From Stegostoma tigrinum (taxonomy: Eukaryota), in NCBI RefSeq assembly GCF_030684315.1, contig NC_081387.1:3700497-3764496 (forward strand): a DNA stretch of 64,000 nucleotides, read 5' to 3'. The position numbers were made by a program, and so were the translations under genes. Positions 21,680 through 35,349 of this stretch are shown here, one piece after another; the first letter of the stretch is position 1; each line of letters starts with the position of its first letter. The notes beneath the pieces are model-generated. The model was not told where the DNA came from, ran no database searches, and saw nothing but the letters and a program-made list of their open reading frames with translations.

Positions 21680-23810
21680 AGCCACAGAGATCTGCAACAT
21701 AGAAAAGGGCCCTTCAGCCCATCACAACCGTGCTGGTCAAAAACAATCTCCTAATATTCCATAGAGATAGTAGGAACTGCCAATGCTGGAGAATCTGAGG
21801 TAATAAGGTGTAGAGCTGGTCAAGACCCGAAACGTCAGCTTTCCTGCTCCTCTGATGCTGCTCGGCCTGCTGTGTTCATCCAGCTCTACACCTTGTTATC
21901 TCCTAATATTCTATTTCCATATTCCAGCAGTTAGCCCATTGCCTTGTTTATCTTGTCATCACAAGTGCATGTCTAAATACTTCTTAAATGTTACGAGGGT
22001 TTCTGCCTCGACCACTTTTACAGGAAGTGAGTTCCAGATTCCCACCATCTTCTGGGTGATAAACCTCCTGCCCCTTTCCTTAAACTTATGCCTCCAAATA
22101 TTGATCCCTCCACCAAGGGGGGAAATTTCTCCTTGTCTACGCAGTCTGTGCCCCTCATAATTTTAAGTATTTCAATCATGTCCTCACTCAATTTCCTGTG
22201 CTCTAAGGAAACAACCCTAATCTGTCCAATCTGTCTTCAGAACTAAAATTCTCTAGTCCAGGGAACATCCTGGTAAATCTCCTCTCCAATCATCTATCCC
22301 AGTGCAATCACATTCCTCCTACAACGTGGATTCCAGATCTCTCCATGATGCTCTAGCTGTGGCCCAAACAACATTTCCCACAGTTCCAGCATAACTTCAC
22401 AGTTTTTAAATTCTGTGTCTGAGCTAATAAAGGCAAGTAACCATACGCCTTAACCACTTTATCTACCTGTCTCACTACCTTAAGGGACTGGTGTACATAC
22501 GCTTCGGTGCTTCCGAGGGTCCTGCCATTCACCATATATTCCCTTGCCTGCATTTTGGTACAACAAACAAGGGCTTGGCTTATAAAATTAATGGTAGGAC
22601 CTTGAGTAGTGGTGTAATACAGAGGGACCTGGAGGTGCAGGTACATAATTCTTTGAAGTTTGTGTTGCATGTATAGAGGGTGGTTAAAAAAGCATTTGGC
22701 ATGTTTGCCTTCGTTGCACAGTCCTTTGAGTAAAGGAGTTGGAAAATCATATTGAGGTTGTACAGGACTTTAGTGAGGCCTCTTCTGGAATACTGTGTCC
22801 AGTTTTAACTGGCCTATTAAAGGAAGGATATTATTAAGCTGGAAAGGGTTCGGAAGAGCTTTAGCAGGATGTTGCTAGGTATAGAGGGTTGCGTTATAAG
22901 GAAATCTGGATAGGCTGGGAATTTTTTTACTTAAGCATTTATAAAATAATGAGAGGTATAGATAGGGTTCATGGCAGTCGTCTTTTCACTAGAATGAGGG
23001 ATTTCAAAATAAGGAGACACATTTTTCAGGTGAGAGGAGAATAAGTTAAAGAAGACACGAGGGACAAATTTTTTTACACAGAGGGTAGTTTGTATGTGGA
23101 ATGAACTTCCAGAGGAAGTGATGGATATAGGTACGAATACAACGTTTAAAAGATATTTGGATAACTACATGAATAGAAAATAGGGATATGGGCCAGGAGC
23201 AGGCAGATCAGATTAGGTTAGTTTAGAATTATAGTTGGCATGGACTGGTTAGACCAAAGTATCTGTTTCTGTGCTGTATAACTTTGATTCCATAAGTGTA
23301 TCAATTCATATTTATCCGGATTGAATTCCATTTGCCGTTGATCAGCCCATTTGAACAGTCTGTCTATATCCTCCGGTAATCTGAGGCTATTCACCTCATT
23401 ATTTGCTGCCCCATCAATTTTCATATCATCTGTGAATTTACTGAAAATCTACTATATTTAAGTCCAAATTATTTACATAAACCATAAACAGCAAGTGTCC
23501 CAACACTGCAGAACCCATTGGATATAGGCTTCCAGTCGCAAAAAAACCTCAGCCGTTACTCTCTGCTTCCTACCGTTCAGCCAGTTCTGGATCCCATGGG
23601 CTCTGTCCGTTACTATCAGTCTCCTATGGTGGACTTTATCAAACACCTTGCTGAAGTTCAAGTAGACTACATCCAATGCATTGCCCTTATCTACGTACTT
23701 GCTCCCCTTTTCAAAAAATGTGACCTCCCCTCAACAAAACTATGCTGTTTGTTCTCGATTAATCCCTGCCTTTCCAAATGCAGATTAATTCTTTTCCTCA
23801 GATTTCAGTG
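21680..23810. mobile_element. Nested CR1 ORF2/3' fragments (- ~21680-22560 and ~23290-23810, + ~22565-23290)
   Basis: DVVYLNFSKVFDKVHH, QMEFNPDKYELIH, RDLEVQVHNSLK motifs. Confidence 0.8.
21760..21900. repeat. Miniature inverted Penelope-terminus insertion flanked by a TCTCCTAATATTC duplication
   Basis: AAGGTGTAGAGCTGG ... CCAGCTCTACACCTT inverted arms, internal GACCCGAAACGTCAG; direct repeat at ~21747-21759 and ~21899-21911. Confidence 0.6.
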
Positions 23811-24511
23811 ATCTTTGTGATGGAGAGACTGTAGGTTAGGGAAATTGGTGGTTGAAGAGGATGAGACTGACCAATTATTGTTGGGGATGACAGTGGAGAG
23901 ATTAATTGAAAGGTATTTAAGGAATGTAGGACTGAAGTAATCCTTTGAGCTTGTGACACCATTCAGTTGGACCATGGTTGATCCATATTTTAACCCTGTC
24001 TACCTGCCTTGACTCTGTAACACTTAATATCCTTGTCCAACAATAAACCTATATATCTCAGTTCGGAAATTTTCATTTGACCTCCATGTTCAACAGCCTT
24101 TTGTGGTGAGAGAGTGCCAGATTTCCAGTTGCCTTTTTGTGAAGAAGTGTTTGCTGAACAGCCTCGCTCTAATTTTAATGCCCTGCCCCTTGTTCTGGTT
24201 CTCCTACCACAATGATCATTTCTGTCAAACTGATCACTTAAATAGTACCCTGTTAAACCTAAATATTGTTAAGAAGAGATGCATTGTTGAAGGCTTTGAT
24301 GTTGGTCTCATCAAGACTGGGTGACAAGAACCCAAACTCTCAAAGAGAACACCAATTTATATGGCATAAAAAGGGGGGCTTGAGGCCAAGCCTCTGATGT
24401 CTGAATTTATTTTCATAGAACTTGGGTACAGTGAAACTTGTGCAGTTGTAATGACCAAATAGATGCCATGAGATCCTCTGGAGGACCTGTTCTTGCTGAT
24501 ACCTTAAATAA

Positions 24512-24737
24512 AAACCGAAAGAACTGCGGATGCTGTAAATCAGAAACAAAAACAGAAGTTGCTGGAAAAGCTCAGCAGGTCTGACAGCATCTGTGAATAG
24601 AAATCAGAGTTAACGTTTCGGGTCCAGTGACCCTTCCTTAAAGCCAAACTCAGGAAAGGGTCACTGGACCTGAAACATAACTGTGATTTCATACTCGCTG
24701 CCAAACCTGCTGAGCTTTTCCAGCAACTTCTGTTTTT
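24512..24737. repeat. Head-to-head dimer of Penelope-type termini, with a hammerhead-like motif on each strand
   Basis: AACGTTTCGGGTCCAGTGACCCTTCC (-) faces GGAAAGGGTCACTGGACCTGAAAC (+); outer arms CAGAAGTTGCTGGAAAAGCTCAGCAGG / CCTGCTGAGCTTTTCCAGCAACTTCTG. Confidence 0.7.
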
Positions 24738-24759
24738 CTAGTTGAAATCTTCATTAGTT

Positions 24760-25434
24760 GCTATGAGATGTGTTTCTTTGATGAAATAACCCTGAATCTC
24801 TTACAGCTTGCATTTTTCTGATATGTGCATGATATATTTGTGATGGTTGAATCTGCAACCCCACCATAGAATTTCTTTAGATTGCTTAATAAGCTCCATC
24901 CTGCACTCAAACGTACCATTGGATTGGAGGAATGAAACAAGATCCCTTTCCTTAATTTATTGAGAAATTTGTTGTGTGCTCTTGATCACGACCAGCTGCA
25001 AGCCTACGTTCACTGGTCAATCTATATGTTTGGAATATTACAGTTCCTTGTGCTATAAGATCAGTCTAATTGACAACCTTGTGAATAGAGCTCAAGCCAA
25101 CTGCTCGTCCTTCAAGCTTGATGCTACGATTGGTTTATCAGTACTAGCCGACATGATGATCACTTGTTATAGAGACAAGCTTGTGAAAGTGCCTACATCT
25201 GACCTCAGAACTGCCCGTTGGAAAGGGAAGTTGTCCCAAAACATTGAGCAACATGTGAAACAGCTGTCCCAAGATACTACTTTGCAGTAAATGCGTAAGT
25301 GATTTTCTTTAACCACTGACAAGAAGTTGCTGTTAAATGGTGTGGTCTGTATGTTTCAGTGCGAGTGTGATGCCAGACATGTAGGCTCTATGTCTTGCTG
25401 ATTAGTGGACTGTTTCTAACAATACATCCATTTG
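24760..25434 (+). mobile_element. Old Penelope-like RT/GIY-YIG remnant; host of the younger Penelope insertion
   Basis: KPTFTGQ...YKISLIDNLVNRAQANCS and VVCMFQCECDARHVG remnants. Confidence 0.6.
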
Positions 25435-27356
25435 ACTCAGAGATAATGGGAACTGCAGATGCTGGAGAATCCAAGATAACAAAGTGAGGAGCTGGATGAA
25501 CACAGCAGGCCAAGCAGCATCTTAGGAGCACAAAAGCTGACGTTTTGGGCCTAGACCCTTCATCAGAAAAGGGGAATGGGGAGAGGATTCTGAAATAAAT
25601 AGGGAGAGAGGGGGAGGCGGACTGAAGATGAATAGAAGAGAAGATAGGTGGAGAGGAGAGTATGGGTGGGGAGGTAGGGAGGGGATAGGTCAGTCTGGGG
25701 AGGACGGACAGATCAAGGGGGCGGGATGAGGTTAGTAGATAGGAAATGGAGGTGCGGCTTGAGGTGGGAGGAGGGATAGGTGAGAGGAAGAACAGGTTAG
25801 GCAGGCGGGGAAGAGCTGGTTTTGGGATGCAGTGGGGGAAGGGAAGATTTTGAAGCTGGTGAAATCCACATTGATACCATTAGGCTGCAGGGTTCCGAAG
25901 CGGAATATGAGTTGCTGTACCTGCAACCTACGGGTGGCATCATCATGGCACTGCAGGAGGCCCAGGATGGACATGTTGTCTAAGGAATGGGAGGGGGAGT
26001 TGAAATGGTTTGCGACTGGGAGGTGCAGTTGTTTATTGCAAACCAAGCATAGGTGTTCTGCAAAGCAGTCCCCAAGCTTCCGCTTGGTTTCCCCGATGTA
26101 GAGGAAGCCACAACGGGTACAGCAGATGCAGCATACCACATCGGCGGATGTGCAGGTGAACATCTGCTTGATGTGGAAGGTCATCTGGGGCCTGGGATGG
26201 GGGTGAAGGAGGAGGTGTGGGGGCAGGTGTAGCACTTCCTGCGGTTGCAGGGGAAAGTGCCGAGTGTGGTGGGGTTGGAGGGGAGTGTGGAGTGGACAAG
26301 GGAGTTGCGGAGAGAGTGGTTTCTCCGGAAGTCAGGCAAGGGTTGTGTTGGAAAAATGTCTTTAGTGGTGGGGTCAGATTGTAGATGGCGGAAATGTTGG
26401 AGGATGATGCATTGTATCCGGAGGTTGGTGGGGTGGTATGTGAGGACTAGGGGGATTCTCTTTTGGCGGTCCTCCGAAACTTCTGCCTTCTACAATCCGA
26501 CTCCACCACTAAAGACATTTTTCCAACCCCACCCTTGTATGCCTTCCGAAGAGACCACTCTCTCCGCGACTCCCTTGTCCTCTCCACCCCCACCACACCT
26601 GGCACTTTCCCCTGCAACTGCAGGAAGGGCTACACCTGCCCCCACACCTCCTCTCTCACCCCCATTCCAGGCCCCAAGATGACCTTCCACATCAAGTAGA
26701 TGTTCACCTGCACATCCGCCAATGTGGTTTACTGCATCCGCTGTACCTACATTGCGGAAACCAAGCGGAGGCTTGGGGACCGCTTTGCAGAACACCTACG
26801 CTTGCACCTCCCAGTCGCGAACTATTTCAACTCCCCCTCTCATTCCTTAGACGACATGTCCATCCTGGGCCTCCTGCAGTGCCATAATGATGCCACCTGT
26901 AGGTTGCAGGAACAGCAACTCATATTCCGCTTCGGAACGCTGCAGCCTAATGGTATCAATGGAGATTTCACCAGCTTCAAAATCTTCTCTCTCCCCATTG
27001 CATCCCAAAACCAGCCCAGCTCTTCCCCGCCTGCCTAACCTGTTCTTCCTCTCACCTATCCCCTCCTGCCACCTCAAGCCGCACCTCCATTTCCTACCTA
27101 CTAACCTCATCCCGCCCCCTTGATCTGTCCATCCTCCCCGGACTGACCTATCCGCTCCCTACCTCCCCACCCATACTCTCCTCTCTACCTATCTTCTCTT
27201 CTGTCCATCTTCAGTCCACCTCTCCCTCTCTCCCTATTTATTTCAGAATCCTCTCCCCATCCCCCTTTTCTGATGAAGGGTCTAGGCCCGAAACGTCAGC
27301 TTTTATGCTGCTCAGATGCTGCTTGACCTGCTGTGTTCATCCAACCCCAAACTTTG
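25435..27356. mobile_element. Penelope-like element as a ~0.9-1 kb inverted repeat (GIY-YIG + pLTR on each arm)
   Basis: Both arms encode VV(Y/C)CI(R/C)C...YI(G/A)ETKR.LGD.FAEH; junction ~26470; flanked by ACATCCATTTG (25424-25434) and ACATCCGTTTG (27357-27367). Confidence 0.85.
27268..27300 (+). ncRNA. Minimal type I hammerhead ribozyme motif, intact core
   Basis: CTGATGA-AGGGTCTAGGCCC-GAAA-CGTC-AG: both conserved boxes, stem II GGG/CCC, short palindromic stem III, GUC site. Confidence 0.7.
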
Positions 27357-27519
27357 ACATCCGTTTGCCTGTTGGCAGTGTGCTCACAGTCTCTTGTAAA
27401 GACCATATCATTTTATGTATCTCTATTTTGGTTTTTGGAACAAATAGGGAAAGGACTGTTTTAAAACAAGGACAGTGGAGGTTGTGGCTACACTTCTTAA
27501 AAACAAATTTCTGGAATCA

Positions 27520-28298
27520 TTGTGAATTATGTTTACACTGTTGCTTTGTTCAAGCAGTGCGGAAAGATCTCAAAGATGCCAGTGCACCATGTGTATTTTT
27601 TCAGAGTGAGCTTCCTGCAGGGACTGATTAGTTTGTGCTGTCTGGATCCATTGTGGAGGTCAGAAATCAGAATGATAACAACTCTCTCGTTTCCTTGGCA
27701 AGTGATCCGCTTCTGTGTGAACATTGTAGAGGCAGAAACGGCAAGGCTACAAAAAGACAAGATCTCTCTCCTCCCTGCAGTGAAGTCAGTAAAACCTAGA
27801 TACAGCTAATTGTTCTCAGCCACCAGTGGCTGTAAGCTGTTGCTTCTAAGGAGTGGCTGAAAGACTGTAGACTGTATAATTTATGGTCAACTGTCCTGTG
27901 TCTTCGGCAAAGAACTGAAAGGATATGGGAAAATGAGACTGGCTAGAAAGGGCTCAGAAAAAGCTCAAGGAACATCTCATTGAATCCTATGGACTGGTAC
28001 TTTTCAACAATGTTTCCCTGGCATTTTTGCTTTCATACATAACATCCATGTTTGCTTGCTTGTCAGTCGGCATGTGTGTGTCGGGGCTTAGAAAGGGGTC
28101 AGAGTTAGCATGTGGATAATTTCTAATTTTATTTCCCTGTAATTGGAATTGATTTATTTGTCATAAATAATACAGGTTAATTGTACATATATGGTCAGCA
28201 TTTTCTGTCAGGTGTGTAAATTGGTGATTTGATTAAACCTTTATCTTCTCTGTGAGCCTGGGAGTAGTGAGGGTCAGTTTCATAATTGGGTCGTGACA
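27520..28298 (+). mobile_element. Possible solo LTR
   Basis: TG...GGGTCGTGACA terminus, non-coding; no TSD confirmed. Confidence 0.3.
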
Positions 28299-29094
28299 CT
28301 GCTTGCAAAACACTGATCACAGTGTCAAGAACTCAGTGTGACTCTATCATTAAAGAACATTTTGACTAAATCATCCAGAACTGGATGAGACTGAAAGCCA
28401 ATTTAAGATTATCAATTAGGCTCACAGTCTATTTCAATTTTGTGTCCTAGAAGTTACATATATTCACATAGGACCATGTTCTGTGCAGACAAAGGAGTCT
28501 GTTCATGCACTGCACCGTCTTAATTGAGGAAAAGTTATGGATACATTCAGTCTCTGTTGCATTTACCATGGCAACAACCTGGCCAACAAACACTGCTGAC
28601 TGACAGTACTATGGCTGCCTGTACTCCCGAAATGCAGTAGCAGTTCAAGAAGGTAGATCACCACCACTTTGTCAAGGGCACTTAGGGATGGGCAGTAACT
28701 ACTGGTCCAAGGAGCAATTCCACGTCACACTGACAAATAAAAATATTGGCCTGAGATTACTCAGGGTCACTAAGACTGACAATTAATAATTCCTGCTGCA
28801 TCTTCATGTTCCAACGAATCTGTACCTCTTTTCTCATGCTGAAAATATTGGTGTTCCTTATCATTTTGGTTGCTTGTCTCCGATTCCTGATGAGACCAAG
28901 ATGAAAACCTTCAACTTATTGTCACTTTTTAGCAACTTGTTAAATAATTTTAAACACTTAAATGAGATTGCCCGTTATTTTTCTACAGTCAAGAGAATAT
29001 AAGCTCAGTCCATGTGACCTTTCCTCAAAATTAAAGCACAAGGATTTTAAAGAAACTTATGTCTGTTGTATTCTGAGAGTCTAGAGTCTCCCCT

Positions 29095-29690
29095 GTGAGT
29101 GAGTGTATATGTGTGAGTGAGTGAGTGTATATGTGTGTGTGTGTGTGTGACTGTGAGTGTGTGTGTATGTGAGTGAGTGTATATGTGTGTGTGTGAGTGA
29201 GTGTATATGTGTGTGTGTGAGTAAATGTGTGAGTGAATGAGTGTATATGTGTGTGAGAGTGAGTGTATATGTGNNNNNNNNNNNNNNNNNNNNNNNNNNN
29301 NNNNNNNNNNNNNNNNNNNNNNNNNNNNNNNNNNNNNNNNNNNNNNNNNNNNNNNNNNNNNNNNNNNNNNNNNNNNNNNNNNNNNNNNNNNNNNNNNNNN
29401 NNNNNNNNNNNNNNNNNNNNNNNNNNNNNNNNNNNNNNNNNNNAGTGTATATGTGTGTGAGAGTGAGTGTATATGTGTGTGAGAGTGTATATGTGTGTGA
29501 GAGTGTATATGTGTGTGAGAGTGAGTGTATGTGTGTGTGTATATGTGTGTGAGAGTGTATGTGTGTGTGTATATGTGTGTGAGAGTGTATATGTGTGTGA
29601 GAGTGTATATGTATGTGAGAGTGAGTGTATATGTGTGTGAGAGTGTATATGTGTGTGAGAGTGAGTGTATGTATGTGCGTGTGTGTTAGT
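29095..29690. repeat. Compound (GT)n/(GAGTGTATATGTGTGT)n satellite with an N gap at 29274-29443
   Basis: Directly visible. Confidence 0.95.
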
Positions 29691-32600
29691 AAAGTGAGCC
29701 AGCTGTCAGGAGTAGAATTGGAACCTACTTCTGTTGGTAATGTGAATTATAGACAGATCCTCTTTAGGTAATGTGTGTGTTAGTAAAGTGAAGGTAATGT
29801 GAATTTGACTAATACCATTGGGAATGTTTGTACTGGCCAGTTTGGGAAGATTACTACCCCTAGTATGTTGAGGGAGGTTGGGGGTTGGGGTTGAGGGGGG
29901 GTGAGGGGTGGTGTCTCTGCAGACCTGAGTCCCTCAGGCCATTAGCCCTTGGTGTAATAATGGTGTGATATGTTCACCTTTCCCTTTCCCAAGATTCATG
30001 TTTTGGGAGTCATTTGAGTTATTTTTTAATGTAATTGTTATCTCAATTGATTCAAAGTTTGATATAAGCTGAATACTGTGCTTTGTTCTCTGTTGCTTTG
30101 TCAGTCTTCTGTACAGATTTATTAATGAGAATAAATTCACTTTTTGGCTTAACCCAAAATACCTGATTTATCAGCATGATGTGTTCCTATTCACTGAAAC
30201 TTTTAAGGATCATACAGTAAATGTTCTGTACAAAATATTTTGGTCAATGTCACTGTGCACTGAGAAAACCTCTCCATTACTGGGTTTATAATTTATTGTT
30301 CAGAGGAAGCAGAGAATTTCCCTAGAAAAAAGGAAAAGCTTTTTTTTAAAATTAACTCGGGATGCAGCTGGGCCAGCACTTATCCTTGAGAAGGTGGTAC
30401 CAAGAGGGCTTTCTTGAACCAAGACAGTACATGTGCTGTCGGTAGGCCAACACCATTAGGTTGGGAGTTCCAGGATTTTGACTCAGTGAAGGAATGGCAA
30501 CATTTTTCCAGTCAGGACTATCTGTGGTTAGGAGGTGAACTTGCAGGCGGTGGCATTTGTGTGTATCAGCTGCTCTTGTCCTTCTTGTCAAGGTTGGTTA
30601 ACTCAGTTGGCTAGATGACAGGTTTGTGATGCAGAATGACACCAGCAGTATGGATTCAATTCCAACACTGGCTGAGGTTACCATGAAAGTCGCACTTCTC
30701 AACCTTGCCTCTCTCCTGAGGTGTGATGACTCTTGGTTAAATCATCACCAGTCTAATGAGGGAACAACCTATGGTCCTCTAGGATAAAAGAACTTTCCCT
30801 TACTCTTCTGGGTTTGGAAGATGTTTGTCAAAGGAGCCTTGGTGAATTTCTGCAGAGCAACTTGTAGATGGTATATACTTTTATCTATCTCCCAAATTCA
30901 GCCCATCTTCTCCAATTAAGTACTTTGTGAAGTTTCATTACCATTGTAATGTAGCAAAGATGGCATCCAATTTGTGGAAAATAATCTCTCATAAACAATG
31001 GTGTGATAATGACCACACACACAATTTCTTTTTGTGAGGTTTATTGCGAGATCCATTTTTGGGCAAGGCATCAGAGATTACTGCTTTGCTGTTTATTACA
31101 TATTGTCCTGGGATCTTTTAGTTTACATAACCAAGAGACAGTTTGGTTCAACTCATCTGAAAGTTGTTTCTTCTGAAAAAGCAGCACTCCCTTAGTTCTC
31201 CACTGGATTGTCAGCTTTAGAACTCAGGTCCTAGCGAGACACTTGAACCCACAACTTCCTGAATTAGAGTCTAAAGATGTTGACTATGCCACAGTTGATA
31301 ATAACTTGGAATATTTCCATTGTATTCAATTGCCAAAGAGCAGAGTCCCAAGACAGTGTAAAGGATATTGTGTCCCTATAAACTAGCAGTCTGAAAGTCT
31401 GATTTGATTGAAAGTGGTGACTAGTTAGAGCTGCCAGTGTCAGAACTGTCTTTGTGTCTGGGTTCCTGAAGCTGTGAAAGGTAAAATCCCTGGTATCAGG
31501 AGAAGGAAAGCCGATGGATAAAAGTGGGTTGGCTCAAGGAGCGAGGAACAATTGTCAGATTAGGTCACCACACCTCAGGAAAGATATATTGGCCTTGGAT
31601 GGAGTGCAGTGTAAATTCACCTGAATGTTCCTGGGCTAAACAAGTTAAATTATGAGAATAGGTTGTACAGGTTGAACTTCTATTCCCTTGACTGTAGAAA
31701 TTTAAAGGGTAATCTAATTGAAGTGCTTAAGAAGATTATAAAATTGATAACGTAGTTAAATTATTTCATGTGTGAATCCATTATTGTTTATGGAGATCTG
31801 CTTACCATGACAATGATTTGTCACGAATAATTTCTCCTGTGTTGGTGTGTGCAGAGGTTTCCTCACTGTGAGAATGATTTGTTGCACATCTCTCGTGAGA
31901 GTTTCCCTCCAAACCACCCAGTATCCAGACTTGGAAATATATTGCTGTTCCTTGAGTGTCGCAATGTGAAAATCCTACTCCCTAACTGAGTTGTGGGTCT
32001 ATCTACCACGAATGGACAGCAGCAGTTCAAGAAGACCTTCTCAATGGCAACTAGAAATAGGCAACAAATGCTGACCCAGCCAGTAACATCCACATCTCTT
32101 CAATGAATGAAAAACATCTATGGGAGGTGCAATATTTAACTGGCCAGCTGTGTATTCAAGGACAGTTGGAGAATTGGAGAGATTGAGAGTGGTTTACAAA
32201 TCTGTGACAGAAAGACCAAGGACACTGCTGTGATTTGCAAATGTAGATCATACCCTGGCCAGTTTAGGCTTTGCGCAGAGTGGACCAAGATAAATGAGTT
32301 TCCCATCAAGATTTAATACTAACACCAGAGGACAGTTGATTATTGATGAGGTGAATAGTCATTATCATGTCAACTGTAAATAGAATGGGGCTATGACACA
32401 GACTTGCTTGACACCAGTCTGGATTTTGAAGATTTCTGTTTCAGCTCTCCCACTCAAGACAGTTACAGTCATCTTGTCAAGAAGGAATTGCAAGATTGGG
32501 ATCAAGTTTCTTCACAATCCAAATTAATAGTGCTCATCCACAAAGCCCCACAGTTTATAGAGTTAAATAACTTGGGTCACATTGATGAATGTAATGAAAA

Positions 32601-33519
32601 ATTCCAGGTGTTGGATGTTTCTCGAGAAGGTCTAATGTTGGGGGAATGATGCTGCCAGACAGAACATTGATTCTTTGAATCGGTGATGAACATCCATGCA
32701 GCACCAAGACATCACACAGCCATAGTCCAACCGGAAAAATATCAGTGTTTCAGCTCAATAACAGCCCAAAGACAAAAAATACAGGAATTGCTCACAACAA
32801 ATCTTTACACATCAAATTCAATTCCCAAAACAGTGAGATTAATATAAAGTCGATTATACTAAATTGCTGAACCCAGATCATTGGAATTGAGCATCGCCAT
32901 CACTAAGATTTGAGCATCGCTCAGTGAACACAACCCTCAAATACATGAAGTCCTAAATAACAACAATCAGCTTGTGATTCTGGGCAGAACAATCCAAGAT
33001 CAACTCAAGAAGGCAGCTGCTGTGCGAAGACACATTCAGAAGATAAATGGACATATGGTGGGAAGAGACAGTATGAGAGATCCAACAATATGCTGATCAT
33101 CATCATGTGAAGAGTTTTTAGGGGCACATCTAGACCAAGGTCAGATGGACAAAATCCCTTTCTTTCACAGGATCATGATTAACTTCTTTGCATTGATTAT
33201 CTTATTGGCCACAGTGAGAATCACTTGTACCTGATATTCCACTAAAAGGATGCAGAGTTTATACAGGAGCTTCTATACACTTCTATCAGTGATATTTGGT
33301 GATCAAAGGTTACACATTCTTGAAACAATGGGGCTGATGGTAGGAGAGATTTGAGACAAAACCTGCTGAAACAGAAAGTGCTTTGGAAAGACAGCTTCTC
33401 TGTGAGCACTGGAGGGGAAACAATGCAGACAGCTCTCAGTGCAACAGAAGCAGGTGATCTGGTTCCATGTCCTTGTGGGGACATTGGTGTCTGGTGAGAG
33501 AACAGGAGGAAGTGAAAAA

Positions 33520-34560
33520 ATCTTGACAGATATCATTCTAGAAATTTGTCTTCCGTGTGGGTTCGCTCATGTTCCAGGTGGTCTGACAACAGTGTCAAGG
33601 CTTGATCACAGAACTCACTCCCCTGTAAGTGTACTGCAGGATCAGGAGACAGGCTTACAATGTGAAATCCTAATCACGTTCCTCAGACGTGAATAGTTTG
33701 TCCCCTGTGTGAGTGTGTTGGTGTTGGCAAAAGTGCAGTTAAGAAAATAGTTTGTCATACAGTTTCCACCTTGGAATGCTTTTTCATGTGTGAATCCATT
33801 ATTGTTTATGGAGATCTGCTTACCATGACAATGATTTGTCACGAATAATTTCTCCTGTGTTGGTGTGTGCAGAGGTTTCCTCACTGTGAGAATGATTTGT
33901 TGCACATCTCTCGTGAATACTTTCTTGCCTGTATTATTGGGCCAATGATTCAGCAGGACTAAAGATTGTGCAAACTCCTTGCTATGCATTTTACATTTGA
34001 ACAGTGTAATTGTTCATCATTCCTGAGTATTGGACACCCTGTGAAGGTTCAGTCACACATTCTACAGTTGGAATTCTCTTCCATGCAGTTGCACCCATGT
34101 TGCTGGTTCTACCAAAGATGCACCTTGTGTGTTAGGAGATCTGATGAGTCAGTGGAACCTTCCTCACACACCTCACATCCAAAAACAGCCTCTCCTCTGT
34201 AGCAATTAGTTAGTGGTTCATGAGGCTTGATGAATAATTGAAGCTGTCACCAAACTTGGAGCCACTCACACTTCTTCCCAGCCTCACCCTGACCGATCAC
34301 CTACAGCTGAACCTTCAGAAAGGCTGGTTCTGATGGAAGGCACCACACCACTGACCAGTTTCAGATCTGATAATACATCATAGGTCCCCTGATTTGACTG
34401 ATTTACATATGATAATTTCACTGCCCAACCTTCTCTGTGCTGAGCAATGCTGTGAAGGGGCTGAACGTCTTCCCACAGTTAAGCAATTGTTCCTTGGGTG
34501 ATGTTCAGGATCTATCTGCAGTGTGTGTGTATTCTCTTGTGTCATAAGGGTGCAAACCTT
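33520..34560 (-). pseudogene. ZF pseudogene (unit 4): leader + MEE(N) start at ~34084 + heavily decayed fingers
   Basis: Acceptor AG 34562-34561, leader homologous to the other units, ATGGAAGAGAAT start, frameshifted finger remnants, 3' module at 33260-33510. No promoter copy of its own. Confidence 0.75.
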
Positions 34561-35349
34561 CTGTAAAACAGGAAAAGGAAACATGATTTCTTCCAGCTCC
34601 CTCTCTTCTTTTGCTGAAAGGGCTGACCCCTCAGTTAAAGACTCTTCCACAGTGAGTACCAGTCTGTTATTCCTCTATGTGGAGGATCATACGTAAGTCC
34701 ATTGAACACCTCAGGACGAAGCAGGTTTGATGGCCAATTTGTCAGATCACTATTTTTGCCTGAAAACACAAACTTTTTGTCAACTGTGATGGCAGAGCTT
34801 TGCTCCAATTTGTTGACTGTGAACAGTTTTAGCTCAGTTTATCGCCTGTTACTGGAGATTTTTGTCTTTTGCATATCCCAGTGTCACGAGGAGAGAGATG
34901 GGGAGACAGAGAATGAATGGAAGCGGGTAAAGGAAGAGTGATAGAGGCATAAAAAAGGACAGATGGATCAGAAGAAATATGAGCAGCAGGAGGCTGTTTG
35001 ACATATCTAGTCCACTCCCATCACTTAATAAAATTATGGTTCAACTGATTGTGGCCTTAATTTCATCTTCTGCCTGCCCCACATAATCGTTGACTCCCTT
35101 ATAGTTCAAATCTCTAACTCAGCCTTTAATGTATTTGCTGACCAAGCTACTGCTAATTTCTGGGGAAGAGAATTTCAAAGATCAGAAACCTGCTAAGAGA
35201 AGAAATTCCTCCTCATCTCAGTCTTAAATGGGATTCTCCTGAACTTAAAACTTGCCCTTTGTTCTAGATGTCCCCTCCTTCCACCCTGGTGAAATATGGA
35301 CAGGACAGGCAGGCCACATGATGCCAAACACATCTAAGGATACACATCA

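Noticed and set aside
29237-29552. ORFs across the satellite and N gap
   Set aside because: Artefact of low complexity and unknown bases.
32170-33240. Possible Gypsy gag/pol debris; also a possible BEL/Pao remnant at ~39560-40100 and LTR-like stretches at ~1290-1990, 38880-39560, 40215-41600, 43420-44400 and 62980-63780
   Set aside because: Too decayed to assign by eye; no paired LTRs or TSDs confirmed. Needs RepeatMasker/tBLASTx.
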